Positions 23,771 to 33,267 of a stretch of 45,927 bases of DNA are shown here, in pieces. Position numbers and translations under genes: made by a program. The notes under the pieces were generated by a model, which saw only the letters and a program-made list of their open reading frames with translations, was not told the DNA's origin and searched no databases. Each line of letters starts with the position of its first letter. The stretch's first letter is position 1. Origin of the DNA: a bacterium (GTDB lineage Bacteria > Patescibacteriota > Patescibacteriia > JAZDGP01); NCBI GenBank assembly GCA_043806935.1, contig JAZDGP010000016.1, positions 1 through 45,927 of the forward strand, read 5' to 3'.

Positions 23771-24868
23771 CTAGGCTAAGATACGGGCAATCTGCCGTAT
23801 CATGCCTATCATGACGGCAGCGGGCATTAAGCTATATGATGGAATTCCTTCATCATCTTTGATCTCCCAGAACTTTCCTCCAACCTTTACTTCTCCGCTT
23901 GTCTGATCATACTGGTAGGTAAACTCCGGTGTAATCTCGTAATCATCCACGGTAATTATAGCGTCTTTAGCAGGAATAGAATTCCGTAAAAGGACATTAG
24001 GCACTCCTTGCACCGTAAACACTTTTTTTATCAATACCTCATCAGCTTCCAATCTCGCCCTTATAGGTTCAATGCCTAATGAGTCTCCTTCCTTCTCCAC
24101 CATAATCGCTCCGCCGCATGAAGGGTTATCACAAACAAGCTGGAACTTATTATTTGCTTTGTCATACAAAACTTTTTGAGTGGCCAACAGTTTTAAATTA
24201 CGCGGAGCATTGCACTTTGGGCACACAACACGATATTTAATCCGTTCATCAATCACTGAAGTAGGAAGATCAATGAGCACAAAGAAGTCAGGATCATTCT
24301 TGTGGTTAATAAGCTCCTTAAAATATAAAGCGTATGGAAGCTGGTCCAAACTTCTTGAAAAACCATCTAAGAAAATAGACTTGCCAGTATATTTATCTAT
24401 CTCTCTTTTCACTAATGTTAAAATAAATTCAGTCGGCAGTAACGCACTGGCGTTCCTTCCCATAAAGGCGTCCATTGCTTCATCTAAAGATAAAAATCCA
24501 CGGTAGTTCTTTTCCATGTAATCCTCCAATTCTTGTTTTGCTTTAGGATCTTGCATCGCTACAGATACTGCCCGTACCACATCCCCCACCGACACATGGA
24601 CTATCTTATCACTGCCAAACACTTCCATGAACAGCTTAGTGTACGTTCCCTTGCCAGCGTTCTTCTTGCCAAGCAAATAAGCTACAAAAGTATTCTTATC
24701 CAAAAACTTCCTAATAGTCTCTATTTCCTGTCCAACCTTAGCTTGGAAATACTTCTTCCGTTCCTCTACGTTAGTGAGATCAAACTTCTGGTTAACACCA
24801 TTAACTTTAGTGTTCTCAACTGGGAATTGTAGTCCGCGCATAAATAAATAGATTAAAGATAAAAACAA
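23771..24868 (-). CDS. Atypical long adenylate-kinase-family protein
   Basis: 365 aa (356 aa from the alternative ATG at 24841). It has the P-loop GKKNAGKGTYT, LDGFSRS (compare DGFPR), and a zinc-lid-like VVCPKCN...CDNPSCGG. It also has an N-terminal extension of about 60 aa and a C-terminal extension of about 100 aa. Confidence 0.65.
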   Translation of the reverse strand: MFLSLIYLFMRGLQFPVENTKVNGVNQKFDLTNVEERKKYFQAKVGQEIETIRKFLDKNTFVAYLLGKKNAGKGTYTKLFMEVFGSDKIVHVSVGDVVRAVSVAMQDPKAKQELEDYMEKNYRGFLSLDEAMDAFMGRNASALLPTEFILTLVKREIDKYTGKSIFLDGFSRSLDQLPYALYFKELINHKNDPDFFVLIDLPTSVIDERIKYRVVCPKCNAPRNLKLLATQKVLYDKANNKFQLVCDNPSCGGAIMVEKEGDSLGIEPIRARLEADEVLIKKVFTVQGVPNVLLRNSIPAKDAIITVDDYEITPEFTYQYDQTSGEVKVGGKFWEIKDDEGIPSYSLMPAAVMIGMIRQIARILA

Positions 24869-24887
24869 GAAAGATTATACACCAACT

Positions 24888-25742
24888 CTACGGATAAATA
24901 AAGCCCTCTCCGTCTATCTCTATCACGACATCCCCTTTGTAATCAGTTCTTAATATATTCACTTTCCTTTTCTGCAACCGCCACAGCGTCTGAAACGTAG
25001 GGTGTCCAAACTGGTTCTTCCCCACTGAAACCACTGCCAGTAAAGGTTTCACGGCGTTTAAAAACCTTTCACTGGAAGAATACTTGCTCCCATGGTGGCC
25101 TACTTTTAAAATATCAGCTTTAAGGTCAAAACCCTTAGTTAATAAAACATTTTCTTCCTCAATGCCAGTATCCCCAACTGTCAAAATACATTTCATTTTA
25201 TAGCACACCTTCATCACCACGGAAGACTCATTAGTGGAAACATTGCTTTTGCTTAAATCTTCATCGGGATACAGATACTCTATCCACGCTTCTCCATATC
25301 GTACAACTCTTCCTTCCTTCTGGTACGTCACCACAGCCCCATTTTTCGCTTCTTTCTCTACTGCCTGCTCCCACGCTTCATATGTCTTACTCTTAATCTT
25401 CACTCCGGTAAGCACAATCTCTCCAACAGAATAACGTCCCAGCACTGGTATCAACCCTGTTAAATGGTCAGAATCTCCATGAGTAAGCACCACGGTGTCC
25501 AGCTTCTGCCTCCAGACAGGCAAGTGCCTTCCCAAGCAATCCAGCACTGACCTGTCAGGTCCGCCATCCACCAGCACACGCTCGCCAGTTGGAAAAGAAA
25601 ACAACAGAGCGTCCCCTTGCCCCACATCACAAGCGACAAATGTAAGTTTTGGCTGTTGGTGAACCAATATCCAAACCGTAAAACTAACCGCTAAAACAAA
25701 CAACACTCCCACATACCACCAATATTTCTTTTGCCAAGTCAT
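24888..25742 (-). CDS. comEC: ComEC C-terminal metallo-beta-lactamase domain as a separate ORF
   Basis: 284 aa. It has one N-terminal TM helix, then DVGQGDALLF and LTHGDSDHLTG (HxHxDH-type) motifs. Its ATG overlaps the TGA of the upstream ORF (ATGA). Confidence 0.85.
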   Translation of the reverse strand: MTWQKKYWWYVGVLFVLAVSFTVWILVHQQPKLTFVACDVGQGDALLFSFPTGERVLVDGGPDRSVLDCLGRHLPVWRQKLDTVVLTHGDSDHLTGLIPVLGRYSVGEIVLTGVKIKSKTYEAWEQAVEKEAKNGAVVTYQKEGRVVRYGEAWIEYLYPDEDLSKSNVSTNESSVVMKVCYKMKCILTVGDTGIEEENVLLTKGFDLKADILKVGHHGSKYSSSERFLNAVKPLLAVVSVGKNQFGHPTFQTLWRLQKRKVNILRTDYKGDVVIEIDGEGFIYP

Positions 25743-27046
25743 AATTTATTAACGTCAATGTAAGCATACGGCAAACCAGCACACCAGGAAATGATCCAAA
25801 CAACGTATTTCAATAGAAAGAGAGATGGCCAAGCTATAATCTTTCCCAATGGAAGCCAAACCATTCCGCCAGCTATTGCAATGGCTGACAATGCCATTGT
25901 GTATGGAATGGACCAAAGGATGAGGATATTAGCGAGCGGAGCGACTAAAGAAATGAGCCCGAAGTTAAAGACAATCACCGGCAGTGTAGCGATGGTTGCG
26001 GACAGAGTGGAGGTAAGATTCTCTTTTAATCCAAAATATTCAGGCAGGCGTGTAAGATGCGGTTCAAGTAGAGGAGTGATATAAACCAAACCAACTGTCG
26101 CTAAGAAAGATAGTTGGAATCCAACGTCGTATATTAAAACAAACGGATTGAGTATAGCCATTACGCTGGCAGTAACCAGCAACACTCGCCCTATAGCCAT
26201 TGGCCTTCCCAACTGTTTCCCTAACACCGCGATGCTTCCCATAATCCCAGCTCTTACCACAGCCGCTGACGCCCCAGTGATAAGCACGAAACAAAATAAG
26301 ATAGACAAAAGGACTGGCACGTTCTGCTTGCGGTTAATGCCAAGCCATGGCAAGACGGAAGCTATGCCTGCCAGCAAGATAGTGACATTGTATCCAGACA
26401 CTGCCAATGTATGGCTGACTCCAGCAAGTTGGAAATCTGTTTGCACTTTCTTGTCCAAAGACGCTCTGCCTCCCCACAATATGCCAGCCACCAAGGAACT
26501 GGACGGCTCCGGCCATAGCTGGTTGGTGAGGGAGATCAGGTAAGACTTGAAACTCAACAATTGTTTCAATCCTTGCTGGATAATAGATAAATCGTTTGTA
26601 TCAACTGTTGTTACTGTTTTAGCTTTAAACAAACCAATTGGAGTCCCAGCCATTCCTTTGCGGAAACGGTCATCCACCAGTTTCCCTTCCCCTTTCCAAC
26701 GTTGTCCATAAGACACCGCTGGATACATACTGGCAGACACTAACAACGGTTTTGCAAAACCAGCCGTCTCTAAATTAAACTGCTGGTAATTATCTCTTAC
26801 AGCCACTTCATTAACAACGATGCCTGTCAAAGCAACGTTTTTACCTAATGGAGGCAAATAATCCACTACAGGAAGTGTGATTACCGCCTTAATCAAACCA
26901 ATTGCCACTCCAAGCGCCAGCCAACGGAAACGTTTAGGCAGTAATCCGCCAACAACTGCCAGCAACCCAAACCAAGCGCCAGCCACGCTCCCGACCGCCG
27001 TGCCTAAAAGAAAACCAATTAATGTAAGAGTGAATTTTTTGTCCAC
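25739..27046 (-). CDS. comEC: ComEC/Rec2 N-terminal OB-fold plus polytopic competence (channel) domain
   Basis: 435 aa. It has an OB-fold (DUF4131-like) region, then a multi-TM segment including LAGVSHTLAVSGYNVTIL. Confidence 0.85.
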   Translation of the reverse strand: MDKKFTLTLIGFLLGTAVGSVAGAWFGLLAVVGGLLPKRFRWLALGVAIGLIKAVITLPVVDYLPPLGKNVALTGIVVNEVAVRDNYQQFNLETAGFAKPLLVSASMYPAVSYGQRWKGEGKLVDDRFRKGMAGTPIGLFKAKTVTTVDTNDLSIIQQGLKQLLSFKSYLISLTNQLWPEPSSSLVAGILWGGRASLDKKVQTDFQLAGVSHTLAVSGYNVTILLAGIASVLPWLGINRKQNVPVLLSILFCFVLITGASAAVVRAGIMGSIAVLGKQLGRPMAIGRVLLVTASVMAILNPFVLIYDVGFQLSFLATVGLVYITPLLEPHLTRLPEYFGLKENLTSTLSATIATLPVIVFNFGLISLVAPLANILILWSIPYTMALSAIAIAGGMVWLPLGKIIAWPSLFLLKYVVWIISWCAGLPYAYIDVNKL

Positions 27047-27102
27047 TCTTCCACGCTAGCACATCATAAAGAAAAACAAATTAACAAAGCAAAGAGGTGC
27101 CG

Positions 27103-28210
27103 CTATTTGCTTTTCTCTCCAAACTTCCATCTCAAATAATCCTCCAGCCATTCGTCCAATTCCCCTTCCAGCATCTTCTCCGGCTCACTACTTTCCTTGT
27201 CAGTACGATGGTCTTTAACTAACTTGTACGGATGCAAAACATACGACCTAATCTGGTTCCCCCATTCCGCTGACTTAAACTCCCCCCTCAATTCCTTCTT
27301 CTCTGTCTGTAATTCCCCTAAATACTTCTGGTGGAGCTTTGATTTTAAAATCCTAATGGCAGTCTCCTTATTCTGGCTTTGAGACCGTTCATTCTGGCAT
27401 TGTACGGTAATGCCAGTAGGAATATGCACGACTCTTACAGCGGAATAAGTAGTATTCACTGACTGCCCTCCATGCCCTGACGCCATAAAAGTATCCACAC
27501 GCAGATCTTCCGGCTTAATCTCCACCTCTTCCATTTCCTCAATCTCCGGCACTACTTCCACCAAAGCGAATGATGTATGCCTGGCATGGTCAGCGTTAAA
27601 GGGAGACAGCCTTACCAGACGATGCGTTCCGTGTTCTCCTTGAAGATATCCGTACGCGTAAGGCTCTCGCACAATAATCGTAGCGCTTTTAATTCCTGCT
27701 TCCTGACCGATAGTCCTGTCAACAACATCCACTGGCCAGCCTTTCTGTTCACAGAACCGCAGATACATCCGTAATAGCATCTCTGCCCAATCCTGCGCTT
27801 CCGTGCCACCAGCTCCAGCGTGGAACGACAGAATGGCAGGTAAACGGTCATACTGGTTGTTTAAGAACAATTTGAGCTCCAACGCTCCTAATGCTTTATC
27901 CAATTCTCCTAATTGCTTGTCCCACTCTTTCCCAATCTCCTGATCTTGGCCAGTTAAAGACAACGTCTGCTCTAAAGAAACTCTCCCTTTTACTGCTTGT
28001 TCCCACTCTTCCTGCTGTTTCCGCAAACCAGCAAGCTCCTGCCCTAATTTCTTAGCCAAGCCAGAATCACTGGACCAAAGATTTCCATTCGCTAACTGGT
28101 CTTCAATCTCCAAACACCGTTGCTTATTCTGAGATAGAGTTGCCTCAAAGAAGCCCGCCGAGGCGGGCAACACGGTCAGCAAATGCTTGATACAGACTTT
28201 TGCGTTCCAT
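27103..28210 (-). CDS. prfB: Peptide chain release factor 2, requiring a programmed +1 frameshift (join 28210..28148 and 28146..27103)
   Basis: Frame 0 reads MERKSLYQAFADRVARLGGLL then UGA (28147..28145). The +1 frame continues EATLSQNKQRCLEIEDQL... and carries the SPF and GGQ (GHGGQSVN) motifs. The track ORF's N-terminus (MLTVLPASAGFF) is an artefact. Confidence 0.9.
28144..28168 (-). promoter_or_regulatory. RF2 autoregulatory +1 frameshift site with an upstream G-rich SD-like element inside a GC hairpin
   Basis: The mRNA is GCCCGC-CUCG-GCGGGC UU CUU UGA G. GGCGGG lies 3 nt upstream of the CUU UGA slippery/stop motif, the same spacing as in E. coli prfB. Confidence 0.8.
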
Positions 28211-28224
28211 AAAAAGGTTAATGG

Positions 28225-29481
28225 TTATTTTTTCTCTCCTAATGTTACCTTGACTATCTTTTCTTTTCCTTGAGACAGCAGTTTCATGGTGACAATACTC
28301 CCTGGCTGGTAACTCTGCAATAAAGACGCTAAAGATTTTTCTTCCCCGACTTTCACCCCTTCCACTTCTAGAATAATGTCATTCTCCCTTATGCCCGCGA
28401 TATCAGCTGGACTGCCTGGAATGACAGCCAGATCTTCCTTAGTCTCACCACGTGACACTAAAGCTCCGTACTCTACAGGCAATTGCTGCTGTTCCGCCAA
28501 CGGTTGGGTGATTTCCAAATACCGCACTCCCAAGAACGGCCTCATCACCTTGCCATACTTAGCAACGGAATCAACCATCTGCCGAGCGACATTGACTGGA
28601 ATGGCAAATCCGATCAGCTGCCCTGATTGAGACACCGCCGTATTAATGCCTATCACTTCACCTTTTAAATTCAACAACGGACCGCCTGAATTCCCAGGGT
28701 TAATGGCAGCATCAGTCTGGATTACTCCTTCCAGCCGTTCTGACGATCCTCTGTTGTCTCCAGCCACCACGTTCCGAGCGAGACCTGACACAATCCCTTT
28801 GGTTACCGTGTTCCTAAACTCCCCCAAAGCGTTGCCAATGGCAATGACTGTCTGCCCCAGCTTCAACCCATCTGAATCTCCTAAAGTAACAGCTGGCAGC
28901 TTAGCCTGAATCTCTAACACAGCCAAATCATTAGATGGATCACTGGCAGCTATCTTTGCTGGATATTTCTTGCCGTCATTAGTCACAACAGTGTACTCGG
29001 CTTCCTCGTCGCTTATGACGTGCTTGTTAGTCAAGACATACCCTTTCTCGCTGTTAACCACAAAGCCTGTCCCTCCCCCAATCTCCTGCTTGCCCTTGGG
29101 AGCTGGCTGGGGCTTGATCTCAAACTGTGGAAACCCAAATTGCTTGAAAAAAGGATCATTGCTAAACGGATCCCATACAGTAGGCTGGCGCAGTTTGCTT
29201 AAATCCTTGGTCACCACGATGCTGACAACTGACGGAGAAACTTTTTCCACCGCGCTAACCGTCGCTGACTCCTCTTCACTCTGGCTGACTGAAAATATTT
29301 CCTTCTCTTGACCCTTTCCAAACAATGAATTAGCAGTCTGGCCGAATGGAGTATTCTCCAGCCAAGGAAGTAAACCAGCACGTGACGCCAACGGACTTGC
29401 CGCCGCTCCCATTAAAGAACCGATTAAAACAGAAACAAAAACAACGGTATATAATTGAGTTTTAGAAATGAAATTTGCCAT
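28225..29481 (-). CDS. htrA: HtrA/DegP-family serine protease with a PDZ domain
   Basis: 418 aa. It has an N-terminal TM anchor, triad context TNKHV / DLAVLEI / GNSGGPL, and a C-terminal PDZ-like region. Confidence 0.9.
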   Translation of the reverse strand: MANFISKTQLYTVVFVSVLIGSLMGAAASPLASRAGLLPWLENTPFGQTANSLFGKGQEKEIFSVSQSEEESATVSAVEKVSPSVVSIVVTKDLSKLRQPTVWDPFSNDPFFKQFGFPQFEIKPQPAPKGKQEIGGGTGFVVNSEKGYVLTNKHVISDEEAEYTVVTNDGKKYPAKIAASDPSNDLAVLEIQAKLPAVTLGDSDGLKLGQTVIAIGNALGEFRNTVTKGIVSGLARNVVAGDNRGSSERLEGVIQTDAAINPGNSGGPLLNLKGEVIGINTAVSQSGQLIGFAIPVNVARQMVDSVAKYGKVMRPFLGVRYLEITQPLAEQQQLPVEYGALVSRGETKEDLAVIPGSPADIAGIRENDIILEVEGVKVGEEKSLASLLQSYQPGSIVTMKLLSQGKEKIVKVTLGEKK

Positions 29482-29483
29482 AG

Positions 29484-29957
29484 TTATTTCTTTTTACTTT
29501 TTTTATTCTTATGAAGCAACTGCGTTAATTCTTTCTGGAATGTCTGCACGTCCTGAAACGCCCTGTAGACTGAAGCGAACCTTATGTACCCGACAGTATC
29601 AAACTTCTTGAGGTGTTTCATCACGATCTCGCCAAGTTCGTAGCTCGTCACTTCGTTCCGTTTCAGCTTCTGGATGTCAGTCTCAATGGCATTCATAAGC
29701 TTACGAAACTTATCATCTGTGTATGACCGCTTCCGCAAGGATTGCTTTATTCCCCCTTCCAGCTTGTCCTTGGCGTACGGCTCCCTCCTACCGTCCCTCT
29801 TAATCACTATAAGATCAAGAATCTCCAGCTGTTCCAAGGTGGAAAACCGAAATACGCATTTTTGGCATTCCCTTCTTCTCCTAATGCTGGAACCATCGCT
29901 GGCTACGCGGGAATCGGTAACTTTGCTGTCCTTGTTACCGCATACCGGACAATTCAT
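29484..29957 (-). CDS. nrdR: Transcriptional repressor NrdR
   Basis: 157 aa. It has a zinc ribbon (MNCPVCGNKDSKVTDSR...CQKC) followed by an ATP-cone. Confidence 0.93.
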   Translation of the reverse strand: MNCPVCGNKDSKVTDSRVASDGSSIRRRRECQKCVFRFSTLEQLEILDLIVIKRDGRREPYAKDKLEGGIKQSLRKRSYTDDKFRKLMNAIETDIQKLKRNEVTSYELGEIVMKHLKKFDTVGYIRFASVYRAFQDVQTFQKELTQLLHKNKKSKKK

Positions 29958-29969
29958 ATCCTGGTTTCG

Positions 29970-31199
29970 TTACCTTCCTAATTTCTTCCTAATAAACGCT
30001 GGTATGTCAAGTTCGCTCTCTTCAGCTGTCATTGGCAGATCAGGAATCTCTATCTTTTTAGTTTCTCTCTCACGTCTAATAAACCGTATCGGTTCCTCTT
30101 CTTTTTCTTTTATCACAGGCGGCGCCATCACTTCAGTCTTCTGGTCTTTTTGAATCTGCGGAGACATAAACTGCCGTTTGGCTTCCACTTCCAGCTTTCT
30201 TGACTTAGACACAGCGCTCGCTCCCTTGTCGTTAAAACCAGTAGCAATGACAGTCACCTTCATCTCCTCTCCCATGGAAGGATCTATTACAGTGCCAAAT
30301 ATCACCTTAGCTTCAGGATCCGCGTGCTTGGTAATGATATCAGCGGCGTCAGCCACTTCAGCCATAGAGAGATCAGGGCCCGCGGTAACGGTAAAGAGAA
30401 TCCCTCTTGCTCCGTCAATGGACAATTCCAGCAATGGACTAGAAATCGCCCCTTCCGCGGCTTCCCTAGCCCTATTCTCCCCGCTAGCGCGTCCAATGCC
30501 CATGAGAGCGGAACCAGTGTCTTTCATGATCGCTTTGACATCAGCAAAGTCCACGTTAATAAGGCCTGGAACCGTAATAATCTCCGATATGCCAGCGACT
30601 CCCTGGTGCAACACTTCGTCCACGATCCTGAATGCTTCCAACAAAGAAGTCTTTCTATCTATCACCTGTAAAATTCTGTCATTTGGAATGGTAAGAATGG
30701 TATCCACTCTTTCTCCCAATTCAGCGATTCCTTGGTCAGCGATCCTTCTGCGCTGCGCTCCCTCAAATGTAAACGGTTTAGTCACAACAGCTATAGTCAA
30801 TGCTCCTAATTCACGCGCGATGTCAGCTATCACTGCACTGGCGCCAGTGCCTGTTCCTCCTCCCATACCGCAAGTAATAAACACCATGTCAGCTCCGGAC
30901 AACGCTTCTTTAATCATCTCGTCACTCTCTTCAGCTGCCCGTTTCCCAATCTCAGGATCCATTCCAGCTCCTAATCCCCTGGTCAGCTCTTTCCCGATAT
31001 GCACCTTATCAGTGGCTTGGGATTGGGCCAAAGCCTGGGCGTCCGTGTTAATCGCTATAAACTCCACGCCCCTAATCTTGTTCTGGATCATGCGGGACAG
31101 AGCGTTGCCGCCAGAACCGCCCACTCCAACCACCTTAATCTTAGCGAATGTTTCCATTGCTGGTTTGATTTCAAATGCTGATCTATTGTTTTTCTTCAT
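29970..31199 (-). CDS. ftsZ: Cell division protein FtsZ
   Basis: 409 aa. It has the tubulin signature [10 protein letters not shown] and a conserved C-terminal peptide DIPAFIRKK. Confidence 0.97.
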   Translation of the reverse strand: MKKNNRSAFEIKPAMETFAKIKVVGVGGSGGNALSRMIQNKIRGVEFIAINTDAQALAQSQATDKVHIGKELTRGLGAGMDPEIGKRAAEESDEMIKEALSGADMVFITCGMGGGTGTGASAVIADIARELGALTIAVVTKPFTFEGAQRRRIADQGIAELGERVDTILTIPNDRILQVIDRKTSLLEAFRIVDEVLHQGVAGISEIITVPGLINVDFADVKAIMKDTGSALMGIGRASGENRAREAAEGAISSPLLELSIDGARGILFTVTAGPDLSMAEVADAADIITKHADPEAKVIFGTVIDPSMGEEMKVTVIATGFNDKGASAVSKSRKLEVEAKRQFMSPQIQKDQKTEVMAPPVIKEKEEEPIRFIRRERETKKIEIPDLPMTAEESELDIPAFIRKKLGR

Positions 31200-31225
31200 G
31201 CTAAAAGCAGATTACCAAGGAATGC

Positions 31226-32455
31226 TTATGGAAGCAAGTTTTTAAGCCATTCCTTAATGGTCTTCATGGTTGGACCAGCGCCTCTCCGTGGCGACAACCT
31301 AGCCCGGTGCTTTAATCCCCAAAGAATTAAGCCGTAAGCGGTAGCGTATTCCGGATCATAAAGCTGTTCTGAAATGGAAGGCGTGTCTTTGCTCTGGCCT
31401 AAAGAAGCTGGCAGTTTAAAATAAGAACGGGCAGCTGAAATCAGGTCAGGAAGCTTAGCTCCGCCTCCAGTAAACACCAAACCGGCCGGCAGCATGCCGT
31501 TCCGGTTAACCTTTGCCAATTCTTTCTGCACCAAAGAAAATATTTCCTCCAATCTCGCTTCAATAATCTCAGCTACCTGTTTTTTAGCCACCCGATCTTT
31601 CTCATTAGGATCATACTTGCTTAACAGTATCTCATCTCTCTTGGACAATTCATCCGGCACCGCTGATCCTTCCGCCAGCTTGATCTTCTCCGCCACATCA
31701 ATTGCCACACGCAATCCAATGGCAATGTCAGCGGTAATATGCCCGCTGCCAACCGGAATGACCGCTACTTCCATCAGCTCGCCTTCTTCAAACACAGCTA
31801 CATTGGTGGTGGACGCTCCGATATTAACCAATCCAACTCCTAGTTCCTTCTGTTGTTTATCAAGAACAGCTTCAGCGCACGCAAGAATCCCTAAAACCAG
31901 ATCGTCTATATCAACTCCCGTGCGGTAGATAGCTCTAGTGAGGTTCTTAATCTGCGACGTGAGCCCTAAGATCAGCTGCGCTTCCACTTCCAGCCTAATG
32001 CCAGTCATGCCCAGCGGATCTTTTACTCCTTCCTGGTGGTCTACCCGGTAGCTCTTGGGGATCACATGAAGAATCTCGTAGTTAGGAGGAACTGACACTG
32101 CTTGGGCCGCCTGTAGGACACGGTCAATGTCCATCTCCCGGATCTCTCCATCAGCCTTAGCCACTGCCACCACTCCACGGGATAATTGCGACGTCAAATG
32201 ATGGCTGGACAAACCAACCACCGCGCGTTCAATAGGACAGCCAGCCAATCGTTCAGCTTGCTCTAATGCCACGGAAATGGAAGTCACGGCATCGTCCAAG
32301 CTTGTAACCGCTCCCTTGTGGATTCCTTCAGACGGAGACGCCGAAACAGCCAGTATCTGCGGCTGTTCATATTCTGATGAAACTTGCGCCACAACAGTAC
32401 GAATGTGGCTTGATCCTATGTCTAATCCGGTAATAGTTGACGAGTCTTTAGCCAT
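31226..32455 (-). CDS. ftsA: Cell division protein FtsA
   Basis: 409 aa with an actin-like ATPase fold (GLDIGSSHIR..., DIGASTTNVAVF). It lies directly upstream of ftsZ. Confidence 0.93.
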   Translation of the reverse strand: MAKDSSTITGLDIGSSHIRTVVAQVSSEYEQPQILAVSASPSEGIHKGAVTSLDDAVTSISVALEQAERLAGCPIERAVVGLSSHHLTSQLSRGVVAVAKADGEIREMDIDRVLQAAQAVSVPPNYEILHVIPKSYRVDHQEGVKDPLGMTGIRLEVEAQLILGLTSQIKNLTRAIYRTGVDIDDLVLGILACAEAVLDKQQKELGVGLVNIGASTTNVAVFEEGELMEVAVIPVGSGHITADIAIGLRVAIDVAEKIKLAEGSAVPDELSKRDEILLSKYDPNEKDRVAKKQVAEIIEARLEEIFSLVQKELAKVNRNGMLPAGLVFTGGGAKLPDLISAARSYFKLPASLGQSKDTPSISEQLYDPEYATAYGLILWGLKHRARLSPRRGAGPTMKTIKEWLKNLLP

Positions 32456-32471
32456 GTGTTTCTTCTCTAAG

Positions 32472-32500
32472 ATTATAGTGGATTTTCCTTAAGCTGCCAA
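32472..32500 (-). promoter_or_regulatory. Near-consensus sigma70 promoter of ftsA-ftsZ
   Basis: On the minus strand: TTGGCA, a 17-nt spacer, TATAAT, then 16 nt to the ATG. The leader would be about 9 nt with no clear SD. Confidence 0.55.
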
Positions 32501-32509
32501 CTGTCCCTC

Positions 32510-32851
32510 TTAAATAGTTAAAAACATCAACAGCCCGATTACTATCGCTCCCAAAACCACGACCAACACTGCTCCTGCTAGCATGTCCTTAATAGTCCTC
32601 ACTTCGTCATGAAGCCTTGGTTCTAACACATCTAACAGCCTTTCCATGGCTGTATTAAACATCTCTGCCATTAAGACAAGGCAAATAACGATAACAACCA
32701 TCATCCAACGGATCCAGTTAAAACTAAACAGCCAGCCAGCAATAATAACAATCGCTGCCGCCAATACCTGCAAACGGAAGTTGTTCTGCTTCCAAGCGAT
32801 TCCAATCCCTCTCCACGCGTAACGGCATGATCTAAAAAACTTCATAAACAT
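32510..32851 (-). CDS. dgkA: Diacylglycerol/undecaprenol kinase family (DgkA) membrane protein
   Basis: 113 aa with three TM helices. It has SCRYAWRGI...N.R and EMFNTAMERLLD motifs. Confidence 0.8.
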   Translation of the reverse strand: MFMKFFRSCRYAWRGIGIAWKQNNFRLQVLAAAIVIIAGWLFSFNWIRWMMVVIVICLVLMAEMFNTAMERLLDVLEPRLHDEVRTIKDMLAGAVLVVVLGAIVIGLLMFLTI

Positions 32852-33267
32852 AATTTAGCTAAAATCTTTTCCTGTAAAGCAATCATTACATTCTCTTCCT
32901 TCTTGCCGAGTTCATGGTCATACCCCAAAAGATGAAGAAAACCATGAATCAACAACCTGTTGAATTCTTCCTTTACAGCCTCTCCGTACTCATTCGCTTG
33001 CTTCTTACAGACAGTCCAGCAAATGACCACCTCTCCTCCCCTCTCTTTCTCTCCTTCTGGAAACGCAAGCACGTCAGTAGGATAATCCTTCTTTCTATAC
33101 AACCCATTCCACTTCCTGCTCTCCGCCTCCCCCACAACCGCTACTGACACTGTTATCAACCGTTTCCCAGACAGCTGTTCTGTTATATTCACTGCCTTCT
33201 CTAATTGTTTCTGTCTGGTAAAAGTGGGACGAATGCTCTTCACCAGCCAATTAACTTCAACAATCAT
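32842..33267 (-). CDS. ybeY: rRNA maturation endoribonuclease YbeY
   Basis: 141 aa. It has the zinc motif HGFLHLLGYDH. Confidence 0.9.
   Translation of the reverse strand: MIVEVNWLVKSIRPTFTRQKQLEKAVNITEQLSGKRLITVSVAVVGEAESRKWNGLYRKKDYPTDVLAFPEGEKERGGEVVICWTVCKKQANEYGEAVKEEFNRLLIHGFLHLLGYDHELGKKEENVMIALQEKILAKLCL

Noticed and set aside
30178-31245. 355-aa plus-strand ORF
   Set aside because: It is antisense to ftsZ. It is S/A/P/I-rich and low in complexity, whereas the opposite strand encodes an unmistakable FtsZ (GGGTGTGA).
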